A DNA stretch of 64,000 nucleotides from Thermoanaerobaculia bacterium (GTDB taxonomy: Bacteria; Acidobacteriota; Thermoanaerobaculia; Gp7-AA8), in assembly GCA_035525215.1 (NCBI GenBank), contig DATLEY010000053.1, positions 4,598 to 68,597 on the forward strand, given 5' to 3'. A program made the translations under genes and the position numbers. The notes beneath the pieces are model-generated. The model saw nothing but the letters and a program-made list of their open reading frames with translations. It made no database searches and was not told where the DNA came from. This document shows, piece by piece, positions 18,185-27,772 of the stretch (its first letter is position 1; each line of letters begins with the position of its first letter).

Positions 18185-19027
18185 TCAAGCCGGCTTCGAC
18201 ACGCTCCGCTCCCAGGCCATCGAAGCGATCTTCCACCCCTTTTCCGTCCGGACCAGCTGGACGCTATTCGTTCCCCGCCCGACGATCTCCTCCCCATGGC
18301 GGGCGATGTAGTCGCTCGCGACGTGAGCCACGACCCCGAGCTCCTCGATCCGGCAAGAAACCTCTTCTTCCGTGAAGCTCGACCACCCGGTTTGCTGCAT
18401 CAGGGATTCGTAGGAACTACGGAAGGCCTCCAGATCCATCACCTGCACTCCCTCGCTGGAAACCCGGATCAACCGCGCGTCCGGAAGAAATGCCTCGGCG
18501 TCGGCGATCCAGTCGGGCTCTTCTCCCTCTCGGAAGGAGATCGACGCGTAGCTTGCGCGGACCACGCTGCCGATGTCGTTCGAATCGAAGTGGACCCGCC
18601 GTTTCCCTTTCGGGTCGAGGGCATGCCGGATCTCGCTCTCGGCGCCGGCGTCCCTGCCACACGCGGCCGCTCCCGCCCACCCTTCAGCGGAGAAGATGAA
18701 TGGTCCCAGTTTCGGCTCGCTCGCCTTCTTCGGCAGCAGATGAATGTGAAAATGACGGTCGACATCGCCGACCGCCGCGAGATAGAACTTTTCGAGATCG
18801 AGAATCGGCGCTGCGGCGGCGGCGAGGCGTCGCGCCATCGCAATGACGCCGCGCGCTTCATCATCCGTCACATCAGAGAACGTGGGGCGATGCTCGCGCA
18901 CGGCCACGACGAGATGGCCCTTCCTGATGGAATCACGCGCGAAGAACGCAATCGCCGAATCGTTCGCCGCGATGATCTCTCTCTCCGTGAGCGCGCAGAT
19001 ACTGCAGACCGCATTGCCTGTCGTCAT
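18185..19027 (-). CDS. HIT family hydrolase fused to an NTF2/SnoaL-like C-terminal domain
   Basis: Histidine triad (HFHIHLLP) at ~aa 100. The C-terminal ~130 aa has an alpha+beta cone-like pattern ending WKIASMAW. The NTF2-like assignment is tentative. Confidence 0.7.
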   Translation of the reverse strand: MTTGNAVCSICALTEREIIAANDSAIAFFARDSIRKGHLVVAVREHRPTFSDVTDDEARGVIAMARRLAAAAAPILDLEKFYLAAVGDVDRHFHIHLLPKKASEPKLGPFIFSAEGWAGAAACGRDAGAESEIRHALDPKGKRRVHFDSNDIGSVVRASYASISFREGEEPDWIADAEAFLPDARLIRVSSEGVQVMDLEAFRSSYESLMQQTGWSSFTEEEVSCRIEELGVVAHVASDYIARHGEEIVGRGTNSVQLVRTEKGWKIASMAWERSVSKPA

Positions 19028-19146
19028 CGCTTCCTCTTTGCCGCTCTCGCTCGATGGACCGGATGAGCCGGCATTCGCACGCCGTCCTCATGCTAAAATC
19101 TTCACATTCGATCCGCAGAGTAACCCGGGTGGAACAGGAGGGTGTG

Positions 19147-19665
19147 ATGGGAGAGGGCGTGCTGTTCCAGATCTGCCACGAGGGCGACCTCACCGTCGAA
19201 GTCTCCGATGCGCTGCGACGGATCGGCGCCGAGCCGAATTTCGATCAGAGCTGGAAACTGCAGCTCGACCAGTCCCGCCCGGCCGGCGTCCTCGTTCGAT
19301 ATCTCCGGATGATGATCGGACCGCATGCGCGACTTCTCGCCGCGCCGCTTCAGCGAACCCGCCGCCGCGACCTGATCCTGGTCAGGCACAGCATGACCTC
19401 GGGAGCCGATTATCGCGAGCTTCACGACGCGCTCGAGCGGCTGGGATGGGTGCTGGAGCTTCCGTTCGAATCGACCTTCATCGTGGAAAGCGACGAATGG
19501 ACGGACGCGCGACGGCTGGGAGAGGCTCTCGTCGAGCTCTGCCCGGATGAGTCTCTGATGGTGACCGGGATCGGGGGCGACTTCGCCTGGTGCGTCGGAT
19601 CGGTCGGCCCGATGATGCTCACCGGCGACGCCGTCGCCGGCCTCTCCCGCGTCCGCACGTTTTAA
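19147..19665 (+). CDS. hypothetical protein
   Basis: ATG at 19147 lies 6 nt after AGGAGG. No motif recognised. Confidence 0.45.
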   Translation: MGEGVLFQICHEGDLTVEVSDALRRIGAEPNFDQSWKLQLDQSRPAGVLVRYLRMMIGPHARLLAAPLQRTRRRDLILVRHSMTSGADYRELHDALERLGWVLELPFESTFIVESDEWTDARRLGEALVELCPDESLMVTGIGGDFAWCVGSVGPMMLTGDAVAGLSRVRTF

Positions 19666-19891
19666 AAGACGAACGCAGAACGATGAACGATGAATTTAGA
19701 AACGGGGACCGCGGTCTGCTCGTCTTTGAAGTTGTTGCTTTTGACTCTCTTCTAAATTCATCGTTCTGCGTTCTGCGTTCTGCGTTCGTCTTTTGCTTTC
19801 CCCCCAGATAGTCGCTGATCTTCATCAACGTGCCTCTGACTCTCTTCTAAATTCATCGTTCTGCGTTCTGCGTTCTGCGTTCGTCTTTGAC
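19664..19891. repeat. heptamer-arm repeat (TTCTGCG family), locus C
   Basis: One inverted arm (19664-19702) is near-identical to 17993-18026. Two direct units follow: ttgactctcttctaaattcatcgttctgcgttctgcgttctgcgttcgtct at 19738-19796 and 19834-19891. Confidence 0.85.
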
Positions 19892-19924
19892 TTCCCTCGC
19901 TCGTCCACCCTCTTCCCTTCTAGA

Positions 19925-20653
19925 ATGACCCCCGTGATTCTCAGGATCGGCACGAGCGGATTCAGTTACAAGGAATGGAAGGGCTCCTTCTACCCGGAGG
20001 ATTTGCCGCAGTCGAAGATGCTCTCGTATTACGGGGAGCGATTTTCCACGGTCGAGATCAACAACACCTTTTATCGGATGCCGACCGAAAAGTCGTTGAG
20101 CGCGTGGACTCACGAAGTCCCTCCGTCGTTCCGATTCGCGCTCAAGGCGCCTCAGCGAATCACGCATCAGAAAAAACTGGCGGACGCCGGGGAAGACGCG
20201 GCGTTTCTATTCAAGGCAGCCGGCGCGCTCGGCGAGCGCCTCGGCCCGGTCCTCTTTCAGCTCCCCCCATATCTGAAAGCCGATCAGGACCGCCTGAGCG
20301 GGTTTCTCGCGTCGATGCCGCGCGATCCGCTGATCGCATTCGAGTTCCGGCATGCAAGCTGGGATGATTCGGGGACCACCGACATCCTCACTGATCACGA
20401 AGTGGCTCACTGCATCGCGGACACGGATGAGAAGCCCATCGAGTCGATGCCGAGGGCGACCGCGCCATGGGGTTACCTCCGGTTGCGCCGTGTCGAGTAT
20501 GGCGACGACGAGCTCGCCCGGTGGGTCCGGCGAATCGCGGATCAGCCGTGGCGCGAGGCCTACGTCTTCTTCAAGCACGAGGACGAGGGGAAGGGGCCGG
20601 CCTTCGCCGCCCGATTCAGCGAGTTGGCCGCGCAGGCGGGACTCGAGGTCTGA
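19925..20653 (+). CDS. DUF72 domain-containing protein
   Basis: IGTSGFSYKEWKGSFYP...FSTVEINNTFY...FEFRH.SW is a typical DUF72 pattern. The start at 19925 excludes the repeat-derived N-terminal extension. Confidence 0.85.
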   Translation: MTPVILRIGTSGFSYKEWKGSFYPEDLPQSKMLSYYGERFSTVEINNTFYRMPTEKSLSAWTHEVPPSFRFALKAPQRITHQKKLADAGEDAAFLFKAAGALGERLGPVLFQLPPYLKADQDRLSGFLASMPRDPLIAFEFRHASWDDSGTTDILTDHEVAHCIADTDEKPIESMPRATAPWGYLRLRRVEYGDDELARWVRRIADQPWREAYVFFKHEDEGKGPAFAARFSELAAQAGLEV

Positions 20654-20843
20654 TCCTCGACGCTTGGCGGCCGATCCCTGATCATCATCATGCTGAGGCC
20701 GGGCAATATCACGAGTAACTCATTTGAGCCCAATGACTTAAACGAGTAATTCCAAATGGTGTCGACTCCTCACAGAGAGGAAGACAGCCATTCACGGCTC
20801 TGTTATAAGTCCCCGCGTACCCACAAATGGAGGTTTCCCCCTG

Positions 20844-21434
20844 ATGAAGTCTTTGCTCAAACGAACTGCAGTCCCGTTTCTTCTGGTCCTCATGGCAGTG
20901 ATGCCAGCCGCCGCGACCACCGTCGAAGAAGAGAGCTTCCGCATCGAGCTTCCCGAAGGATTCGAGAAATTCACCCGGCAGGCGCAGACGGTCAAATCGG
21001 AGAACGGCGACATCGAACAGGTGACCTACATCTCCAAGGATGACGAAGGCGACATCGTGATCGTCACCTATGGGCAGATGCCGGGTGTCATTCTCGATCC
21101 CGAAGCGACCATGAACAGCGGCCGCGAGTCTCTGGTGAAGAGTCTCAATGCGACGCTGGCCGGACAGCGTAAAATCGAGATCGACGGCAAGCCCGGAATC
21201 AGCTTCGAGTACTCTGCGGAGAAGCCGCGCATGATTTTCGCCCGCACCGACCTCGTGGTTGCGGGTCCGCGCCTCTATCAGGTCATTTACCTGACGCAGA
21301 CCGTGGAGTCCCTCCGGGAGGACGAGACCGAAGAGATCTTCACGAGCTTCGATCTGAACGATCAGGTGATCGAGCTGGCCACGGCCGAAGTGACCCGACG
21401 CGCGCAGGCCAAAGCGTCGTCAAACCGACAGTAA
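20844..21434 (+). CDS. hypothetical secreted protein
   Basis: GGAGG SD and signal peptide (VPFLLVLMAVMPAAA). No catalytic motif. Confidence 0.55.
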   Translation: MKSLLKRTAVPFLLVLMAVMPAAATTVEEESFRIELPEGFEKFTRQAQTVKSENGDIEQVTYISKDDEGDIVIVTYGQMPGVILDPEATMNSGRESLVKSLNATLAGQRKIEIDGKPGISFEYSAEKPRMIFARTDLVVAGPRLYQVIYLTQTVESLREDETEEIFTSFDLNDQVIELATAEVTRRAQAKASSNRQ

Positions 21435-21442
21435 GCTCCAGA

Positions 21443-21464
21443 GGGCGGCGGACTTTCGCCGCCC
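21443..21464 (+). terminator. GC hairpin after the 20844-21434 gene (possible terminator, no T-tract)
   Basis: GGGCGGCG gacttt CGCCGCCC, 8 nt after the stop. The same 8-bp stem is used by the repeat at 46768-46947. Confidence 0.35.
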
Positions 21465-21480
21465 TCACGAGTCCACTAGC

Positions 21481-21509
21481 TTGACGGAGACCCCGGAAAG
21501 ACCTAGTGT
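21481..21509 (+). promoter_or_regulatory. candidate sigma-70 promoter for the RNase E gene
   Basis: TTGACG, 17-nt spacer, TAGTGT. It would give a ~140-nt GC-rich leader before the GTG at 21652. Confidence 0.3.
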
Positions 21510-21651
21510 CCCTTCCGGCCGAGTGCTCCGCCACCAGACCGCCCTCACCTCACGGTCGGTGGTCCCGCCCCCGCCACTCCAGATGGCTCGCGGGGGATCG
21601 TTGCCCCGCCCCGACGCTGAAGCGTGCGGCAGAAGTCCCCAGGAGAAATTC

Positions 21652-23763
21652 GTGACACGCAAAATGCTGATCAATGCGCAGCGGCCCGAAGAGCTGCGCA
21701 TTGCGATCCTCGACGGCAGCACGCTGGAGAATTACCAGGTCGAAGCTTCCGAGGCGAGCCAGAGCCGCGGCAACATCTACCGCGGGGTCGTTGCCTCGTT
21801 GCAGCCCAGCCTCAACGCCGCGTTCATCGACTACGGCGCGCCGAAGCACGGCTTCCTGTCGCTCGACAACCTCGTTCCGGAAGCCGCGCATCATCAACCG
21901 AAGGGAGGGAAGCGTCGCCGGATCGAAGAGATGCTCGATCGCGGCAAGCCTCTTCTCGTCCAAATCGCCCGCGATGCGGAGGGACAGAAGGGCTCGGCGT
22001 TGACCACCAACGTCTCGCTGGCCGGCCGCTATCTGGTCTTCACCCCATGGGACGACACTCGGGGCGTCTCCCGCAAGGTCGAGGACGAAGAGCTTCGCCA
22101 GCAGCTCCGTGACCTCACCTCCTCGCTGCGCGTCCCCGACGGAAGCGGAGTGATCATCCGGACGAATGCGGTCGGGCAGAACAAGACCGCGATCAGCAAG
22201 GATCTTCAGGCGCTGCTCCGGCTCTGGAAACAGATCCAGGCGGACTCGAAACAGGGGAACGGACCGAAGCTGCTGCAGAGCGATCAGGATCTGATTCTCA
22301 GGGCGCTCCGCGACTATCTCGACGCCGGCATGGACGAGATCGTGATCGACGACGAAGGTGCCTTCGAGAAGGCTCGCGAGTATGTCCGCGCCTTTCTCCC
22401 GCGCAGCCGCACCGTCCTCACCCGCTACGCGGAACGGGCTCCGCTGTTCGCCCGCTACGACCTCGAGCCTCAGATCGACCGGATCTACGAGAGAAGAGTC
22501 GAGCTTCCGGCCGGCGGCTCGATCGTCATCGACCGCACCGAGGCGCTGGTCGCGATCGACGTGAACTCCGGACGCTCGCGCGCCGGCGGATCCCACGAGG
22601 AAACCGTCGTCAATACCAATCTCGAAGCAGCTCGCGAGATCTCGCGCCAGCTCCAGCTCCGCGACATCGGAGGATTGATCGTCGTCGATTTCATCGACAT
22701 GAAGAATCCCAAGAACAGGCGGAGGGTGGAGACCGCGGTGCGCGATTCACTCAAGAGCGACAAGGCCCGCACTTCGGTCGGGAAAATCAGCGCCAACGGT
22801 CTCCTCGAGATCAACCGCCAGAAAATCCGCCAGGCTCTCCACCTCCGGACCCATCGCGCCTGCCCCACCTGCGTGGGAACGGGACGCATCGCCAGCCCCG
22901 AAATGGTCAGCCTCAACCTTCTTCGCCGCATTGAGGCTCGCGCGACCACATCCTCGCTGAGTGCAGTCCGGATCTCGCTTCACCCCGAGCTCGCTGACTC
23001 CTTTCAGAATACCCGCCGCCGCGAGATCGCTGCGCTCGAGCAGGAGTTCAAGCTCACCATCGAAATCATTGCCGCGAGTCATCTTCATCGCCCCGAACAG
23101 GAGCTGGAATGGATCGACGCGGAAGCGTCGCACGAGGATGACGCTCCAGCACCGAGGGCCGCATCGCCGAAGGGCGCGCCGCGCCCGGCTCAAAGCGAAA
23201 GCTCTGAACCCGACGGCGTGAAGAAGCGGCGCAGACGGCGCCGGCGCCGCGGTCATCAGGAAGAGAGCGAAGTGCATCTGCAGGATCCCGAACCGGACGA
23301 TGGGCAGGAACCCGAGGAAGAATCCGAAGCCTCGATGGAAGTGGCGAGCGCTCCGGCGATGACGTCTTCGGTTCCCGGAGAGCCGGCAGGAAGCGAAGGC
23401 GGAGGACGGAAGCGGCGACGCCGCCGCCGTCGCCACCGCGGAAGCGGCACGAGTGCAACCGAGACCAGCGAGTCGGCCGTGGATCTGCCGATCTACCGCG
23501 CTCCGTCCAGCGATGATCTCCCTCCCCCCGAACCACCGGCATCCGACGCAGCTCCCCCCCGCCCCCGCCCCGCGCGCAAACGTCGGCGGCGCGCCGCAAA
23601 ACCGCCGGCCGGGACGCCGGTCATCGAAGCCGCTGGCGAAGTCGCTTCCTCCTTCTGGGAAGAGGGAGAGACTTCCTCCCCTCCTCCCCGTCGGAGTCGC
23701 AGACGCCCCGGGAAGACAAAAACGGAAGGCGAGACCCCCGAAGCGCTGCCGAACGGGGAGTAG
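21652..23763 (+). CDS. rne: ribonuclease E/G family endoribonuclease with Arg-rich C-terminal extension
   Basis: MLINAQRPEELRIAILDG...S1 domain...GNIYRG..., with VIDRTEALVAIDVNSG and GGLIVVDFIDM catalytic-core motifs. The C-terminus has four poly-Arg tracts. GTG at 21652 lies 5 nt after AGGAGA. Confidence 0.85.
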   Translation: MTRKMLINAQRPEELRIAILDGSTLENYQVEASEASQSRGNIYRGVVASLQPSLNAAFIDYGAPKHGFLSLDNLVPEAAHHQPKGGKRRRIEEMLDRGKPLLVQIARDAEGQKGSALTTNVSLAGRYLVFTPWDDTRGVSRKVEDEELRQQLRDLTSSLRVPDGSGVIIRTNAVGQNKTAISKDLQALLRLWKQIQADSKQGNGPKLLQSDQDLILRALRDYLDAGMDEIVIDDEGAFEKAREYVRAFLPRSRTVLTRYAERAPLFARYDLEPQIDRIYERRVELPAGGSIVIDRTEALVAIDVNSGRSRAGGSHEETVVNTNLEAAREISRQLQLRDIGGLIVVDFIDMKNPKNRRRVETAVRDSLKSDKARTSVGKISANGLLEINRQKIRQALHLRTHRACPTCVGTGRIASPEMVSLNLLRRIEARATTSSLSAVRISLHPELADSFQNTRRREIAALEQEFKLTIEIIAASHLHRPEQELEWIDAEASHEDDAPAPRAASPKGAPRPAQSESSEPDGVKKRRRRRRRRGHQEESEVHLQDPEPDDGQEPEEESEASMEVASAPAMTSSVPGEPAGSEGGGRKRRRRRRRHRGSGTSATETSESAVDLPIYRAPSSDDLPPPEPPASDAAPPRPRPARKRRRRAAKPPAGTPVIEAAGEVASSFWEEGETSSPPPRRSRRRPGKTKTEGETPEALPNGE

Positions 23764-23911
23764 GCGCAAACCGCGACCTGGCGAGAGCGATCGCAACGTC
23801 AAAAGCGTGGGATCTGATCCCGCGAGCCGTGGGGCATGGTCGCAAGCCGGCTCGCGGCCTATATTGAGAGTATCCCCGCCCATCTTCCTGACGAACTTGC
23901 GGAGGGATCTC

Positions 23912-24193
23912 ATGACTGAGCCTCAACCTTCCATACGCATCGAGCGCCTTTCTCCCGAACAGCAGACTCTCGCGAAGAAACGTGATGGGATCCTGCTCTC
24001 CCGGAAGCGGGTCCTGGCCGATCTCGAGACGAGCAAGAGCCCCCTCTTCCGGCGCAACCTTGAGTTCGGACTGGAGTTTCTCGATCGCCAGATCGCCGAG
24101 CTCGACCGCGCTCTGGTTCTCGCTGGCGAGCAAGCCGCCCCGACTGCGCAGAGACTCCCGGTGCGCAGGGGATCGCGGAAGTCGCCAGGCTAG
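23912..24193 (+). CDS. hypothetical small coiled-coil protein
   Basis: ATG preceded by GGAGGGA. No motif recognised. Confidence 0.45.
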   Translation: MTEPQPSIRIERLSPEQQTLAKKRDGILLSRKRVLADLETSKSPLFRRNLEFGLEFLDRQIAELDRALVLAGEQAAPTAQRLPVRRGSRKSPG

Positions 24194-24223
24194 CTGGACT
24201 GTAACGGTTGATTCAGCCACAGT

Positions 24224-24751
24224 TCATGAGTCGATTCCCGCGGCCAGTCGCCGGTCCACGACCGGCCACGCCGCCTCGCGCCACCGCGGCACTCCCTCAC
24301 CCATGAGCAGCCCCGCGGTCGCGAGATAGAGAAGGATGTCACGCGGGGGGAACTCGCCCTTCGCGACATCAACCGCCGCATCGATCTCCTCTTCTGCGGG
24401 AACGCGATACTCTTCAGCCTCGATCAGACCATGATCGTGCGGGACGCTCCAACGGTCGAGAAGGACCGCCATGAGATCGCGAGCTTTCGACGTGTGATAA
24501 GTCATCAGAGCCTGCTCCAGAGCTTCGTCCAGCTCTGGAACGCCGATCCGGCTCGCCAGCAGCTCAGCCTTTCGGGCTGCGGGAGCCTGGCGAAGCGTCT
24601 GCTCCCGAAAGCGAAGCGCCTTCGCCAGATGAGCGAGGGCCAGATGGCGCGATTGCTCCTCCCCTTCCCTCCAGAACACCTCGAGGATCTCCCGCCTGCG
24701 CTCCGGATCCGCAATCTCCTTCAGAATTCTCCGCGCCGTCCATTCGCTCAT
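24224..24751 (-). CDS. hypothetical protein
   Basis: ORF with GGAGA 9 nt upstream of the ATG at 24751. No motif recognised. Confidence 0.45.
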   Translation of the reverse strand: MSEWTARRILKEIADPERRREILEVFWREGEEQSRHLALAHLAKALRFREQTLRQAPAARKAELLASRIGVPELDEALEQALMTYHTSKARDLMAVLLDRWSVPHDHGLIEAEEYRVPAEEEIDAAVDVAKGEFPPRDILLYLATAGLLMGEGVPRWREAAWPVVDRRLAAGIDS

Positions 24752-24912
24752 GCGAGGCATTCTCCACGGTTTGCGGAGGCATTCCAACGGCATCCTTTCC
24801 TCCGGCGACTGCCGGCGTCCCCGCATCCTCTCCCTCCGGTCAGGTCCCGGGTCCCGCGTTTCCGGTCCATCACAACCTTTCGGGGCGCTCTCCCGTAGAA
24901 TCCAGCAACACC

Positions 24913-26526
24913 ATGAGATCTCCCCGGTCGCAGTCGATCGCCATTCTCCTCATCCTCCTCACCGCCTCTCTGGGAGGCGGATGGCTCGGCGGAAGGCTGC
25001 TGGCCCAGCAGAAGCAACCATCCCTCGATCAGCAGATGCGCGAGTACGCGGACGTGCTCGGGGCGCTCGAGGAATGGGCGCCGCACGAAGTCGGAACGGG
25101 CGACCTGATCTACGGCTCGATCCATGGGCTGGTGCGAGCGCTCGATCCTCATTCTCAGTTCTTCGCCCCGCGTGACTACACGGAGGTCCGGGACAAGCAC
25201 GCCGGCAGTTATTACGGCGTGGGGCTTCTCGTCTCTCAGCGGGAGAACCGAGTGGTCGTGATCACTCCGATGGAGGGAGGCCCGGCGGGCCGCCTCGGCG
25301 TGAGGCCGGGCGACGTCATCGTCGAGGTCGACGCCGTTTCCACGGAAAACATCACCTACGACAAAGTGACCGACATGCTGAGAGGACCCAAAGGGACTCC
25401 GGTCGAGGTCAAGATACGCCGCGAGGGTTTCGTCGAGCCTCTCCATTTCACCATTCGCCGTGAAGCGATCACCACGAAGGCCGTGAACGCCGCCTTTCTC
25501 ATCGAGCCCGGTGTGGCCTACATCCGCGTCAACGATTTCACGAATACGACCGAGCGGGAGTTCGACGCCGCAATCGACCGACTGAGCGAAACCGAGCTGC
25601 GCGGAATCATCATCGACCTCCGGGGAAATGGCGGCGGCGTCCTCGATGCAGCGATCGCCATCGCCGATCGCTTCCTGGAAAAAGGGCAGATGGTCGCGTA
25701 CACCCAGGGGAATGCTCCGGGATCGAACGAACAGTATCTCGCTCCCGGAACGAAAGCCCGGCTCGAGACTCCGCTCGTGGTTCTCGTGAATCAGGGAAGC
25801 GCCTCGGCCTCGGAGATCGTGGCCGGAGCGGTTCAGGATCATGACCGCGGCCTCGTAGTCGGCGAGATCACCTGGGGAAAAGGGCTGGTCCAGAGTGTCT
25901 ACAACCTAGGTCACGGAGCGGGCATCGCGCTGACGACCGCTCGGTACTACACACCGAGCGGCAGGAACATTCAGCGCGACTACTCCTCGCTCTACGACTA
26001 CTACACGCACGAGATGCCGGGAGAGGCGCCTGCGGACATGATGTTCACGACCGCTACCGGCAGAACCGTTTATGGCGGGGGCGGCATCCGCCCCGACATC
26101 CGGGTCGCGCTGGAACAGAAGCCGCGAGTCGTCCAGGTCATCGAAGCGAGGGCGATCGCCTTCGACCTTGCGGTGAAAGCGCACTCGCGCGATCCGCTTC
26201 TCTTCGATCGTCCCATCGAGTCCCACCTACTCGCCGAGTTCGAGCAGGCCGTTCTGCAGCGTTCCATTCTCCCCGAGGAGCGGGTCCGCGCGGCCTTCGC
26301 CGATGCCGAGGTCCGTCCCCATTTCGAACGACTGTTGAAGTCCGAGCTGGTGGCGGTGGCCCAGGGATACGAAAACTCCTATCCGTTCAGGCTTCGAGGC
26401 GACTCGCAGATCGAGCACGCGATCGCTGCGCTGCCCGATGCGCGGAAACTGGCGGCACGCGCATTCGAGAAACGTCAGGACGAGCTGGCTCGCTCCGACG
26501 AAAAGCGGTCTCAGTCCCCTTCGTGA
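24913..26526 (+). CDS. ctpA: S41 family carboxyl-terminal processing peptidase with PDZ domain
   Basis: PDZ segment (GGPAGRLGVRPGDVIVEVD). S41 core (DLRGNGGG...NQGSASASEI...GEITWGKG). Confidence 0.85.
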   Translation: MRSPRSQSIAILLILLTASLGGGWLGGRLLAQQKQPSLDQQMREYADVLGALEEWAPHEVGTGDLIYGSIHGLVRALDPHSQFFAPRDYTEVRDKHAGSYYGVGLLVSQRENRVVVITPMEGGPAGRLGVRPGDVIVEVDAVSTENITYDKVTDMLRGPKGTPVEVKIRREGFVEPLHFTIRREAITTKAVNAAFLIEPGVAYIRVNDFTNTTEREFDAAIDRLSETELRGIIIDLRGNGGGVLDAAIAIADRFLEKGQMVAYTQGNAPGSNEQYLAPGTKARLETPLVVLVNQGSASASEIVAGAVQDHDRGLVVGEITWGKGLVQSVYNLGHGAGIALTTARYYTPSGRNIQRDYSSLYDYYTHEMPGEAPADMMFTTATGRTVYGGGGIRPDIRVALEQKPRVVQVIEARAIAFDLAVKAHSRDPLLFDRPIESHLLAEFEQAVLQRSILPEERVRAAFADAEVRPHFERLLKSELVAVAQGYENSYPFRLRGDSQIEHAIAALPDARKLAARAFEKRQDELARSDEKRSQSPS

Positions 26527-26539
26527 CTGGCCACGCGTC

Positions 26540-26585
26540 GGCGCCACAGAAGCCAAAGTGGCGGGCGGCGTCTCGCCACCCAGCC
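26540..26585. repeat. GC-hairpin repeat, single copy
   Basis: ggcgccacagaagccaaagtGGCGGGCGGCGtctCGCCaCCCagcc matches the units at 46768-46947. Confidence 0.55.
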
Positions 26586-26694
26586 CTGACGACGATGATC
26601 GCTCTTAGAATCAGCGCGCTGCGCGCGCCAACCGGGTGGGGATGAACCGCTCCCGGCGATCCATTCGCATCGATTTTGCTTTATCCTCGCGGCG

Positions 26695-27120
26695 ATGATG
26701 AAGTGTCCTCGCGACGCCCGCCCTCTCTCCCCCCGTTCTTTCCATGACGTGGAAGTCGACATGTGCGAAGACTGCGGAGGCATGTTCGTGGACAAGGGAG
26801 AGCTGAACAAGCTCGCCGATCCGACCGCCGGAGACCTGGAGTTCTCGACTCTCCGCGGAGACACGCATCAACACTCCGACGAGTGGGGGGTCACTCTCTG
26901 CCCTCGCGACGACGTCCCCATGGAGAAAGTGGAGTTCAACGTAGGGACGAACATCATTCTCGATCACTGTTCCACCTGCCACGGCTTCTGGCTCGACGGC
27001 CGCGAGCTGGCCAGGATCAACGAGACCGTCCTCGATCTCAATGAGGCGGCGCGAAGCATGCCTGATCCGCCCTTCGTCCGTCTGTCGCAATTCATCTGGG
27101 CCCTGCCGTTTCCGAAGTAG
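26695..27120 (+). CDS. zf-TFIIB-type zinc-ribbon protein (two ribbons)
   Basis: CPRD...CEDCGGMFVDKGELNKL and CPRD...CSTCHGFWLDGRELARI. Confidence 0.7.
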   Translation: MMKCPRDARPLSPRSFHDVEVDMCEDCGGMFVDKGELNKLADPTAGDLEFSTLRGDTHQHSDEWGVTLCPRDDVPMEKVEFNVGTNIILDHCSTCHGFWLDGRELARINETVLDLNEAARSMPDPPFVRLSQFIWALPFPK

Positions 27121-27129
27121 CGTCGTCTG

Positions 27130-27726
27130 ATGCTCGACGCCGGAACGCTCGCTGACTCCTCTTCCCAGATCAACATCTGGCTTCTGACGCCGCTGCTGAT
27201 CTTCCTCGCCCGGATCTGCGACGTGGCCATTGGAACGTTCCGCATCATCTCGCTTTCGCGGGGGCGCCGATACCTCGCCCCCTTCCTCGGATTTTTCGAG
27301 ATTCTCATCTGGCTGTTTGCGATCAGGCAGATCTTTCAGAACGTCGACCACATCGCCGCGTTCATTGCATATGCGGCCGGCTTCGCCGCCGGTAATCTCG
27401 TGGGTGTCATGATCGAGGAAAAGGTCGCTCTTGGGCATCTCGCCATCCGCGTCATCACGCCGGAGGACTCGAGCGCGCTGCTGGCCAACCTGCGCGAGGC
27501 ACGCTATGGGGTCACCAGCGTCGCGGCGAAAGGTCAGAAGGGTGACGTGCAGCTGATCTTCATGGTCATCGAGCGGAAGGAGTATGACCGAGTCATCGAG
27601 ATGATCCGGCGCGCGCACCAGAGCGCTTTCATCTCAGTCTCCGACGTGCGTGAAGCCAGCGAAGGCATTTTCCCGGTTCCGGAGTACCGCACTTCCCTCC
27701 GCTTTCCGTGGCGCAAGAGCCGCTGA
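27130..27726 (+). CDS. UPF0316/DUF2179 family membrane protein
   Basis: Three N-terminal TM segments plus a C-terminal DUF2179-like domain (GVTSVAAKGQKG..IFMVIERKEY). Pattern matches the UPF0316 family. Confidence 0.7.
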   Translation: MLDAGTLADSSSQINIWLLTPLLIFLARICDVAIGTFRIISLSRGRRYLAPFLGFFEILIWLFAIRQIFQNVDHIAAFIAYAAGFAAGNLVGVMIEEKVALGHLAIRVITPEDSSALLANLREARYGVTSVAAKGQKGDVQLIFMVIERKEYDRVIEMIRRAHQSAFISVSDVREASEGIFPVPEYRTSLRFPWRKSR

Positions 27727-27772
27727 GCGGCCCGGGCTGGCTCGGAGGGACGGCTCGACGTAGGATGCGGCG

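Noticed and set aside
19793-19924. N-terminal extension of the DUF72 gene and ORFs with SSFCVLRSAF / SFCILHSAF peptides (also 3385-3600, 18015-18311, 19590-19811)
   Set aside because: These are translations of the heptamer repeat arms. The same peptide appears wherever the repeat occurs, regardless of gene context.
20654-20843. Lower-GC intergenic stretch before the 20844 gene as a possible small RNA or insertion scar
   Set aside because: There are no repeats, no hairpin plus T-tract, and no recognisable motif. It is most simply a promoter/leader region.
22747-23913. 388-aa ORF antisense to the RNase E C-terminus, and the upstream part of ORF 23453-24193
   Set aside because: They are shadow ORFs of the Arg-rich, GC-rich region. 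Only the 93-aa part from the SD-preceded ATG at 23912 is kept, and that with low confidence.
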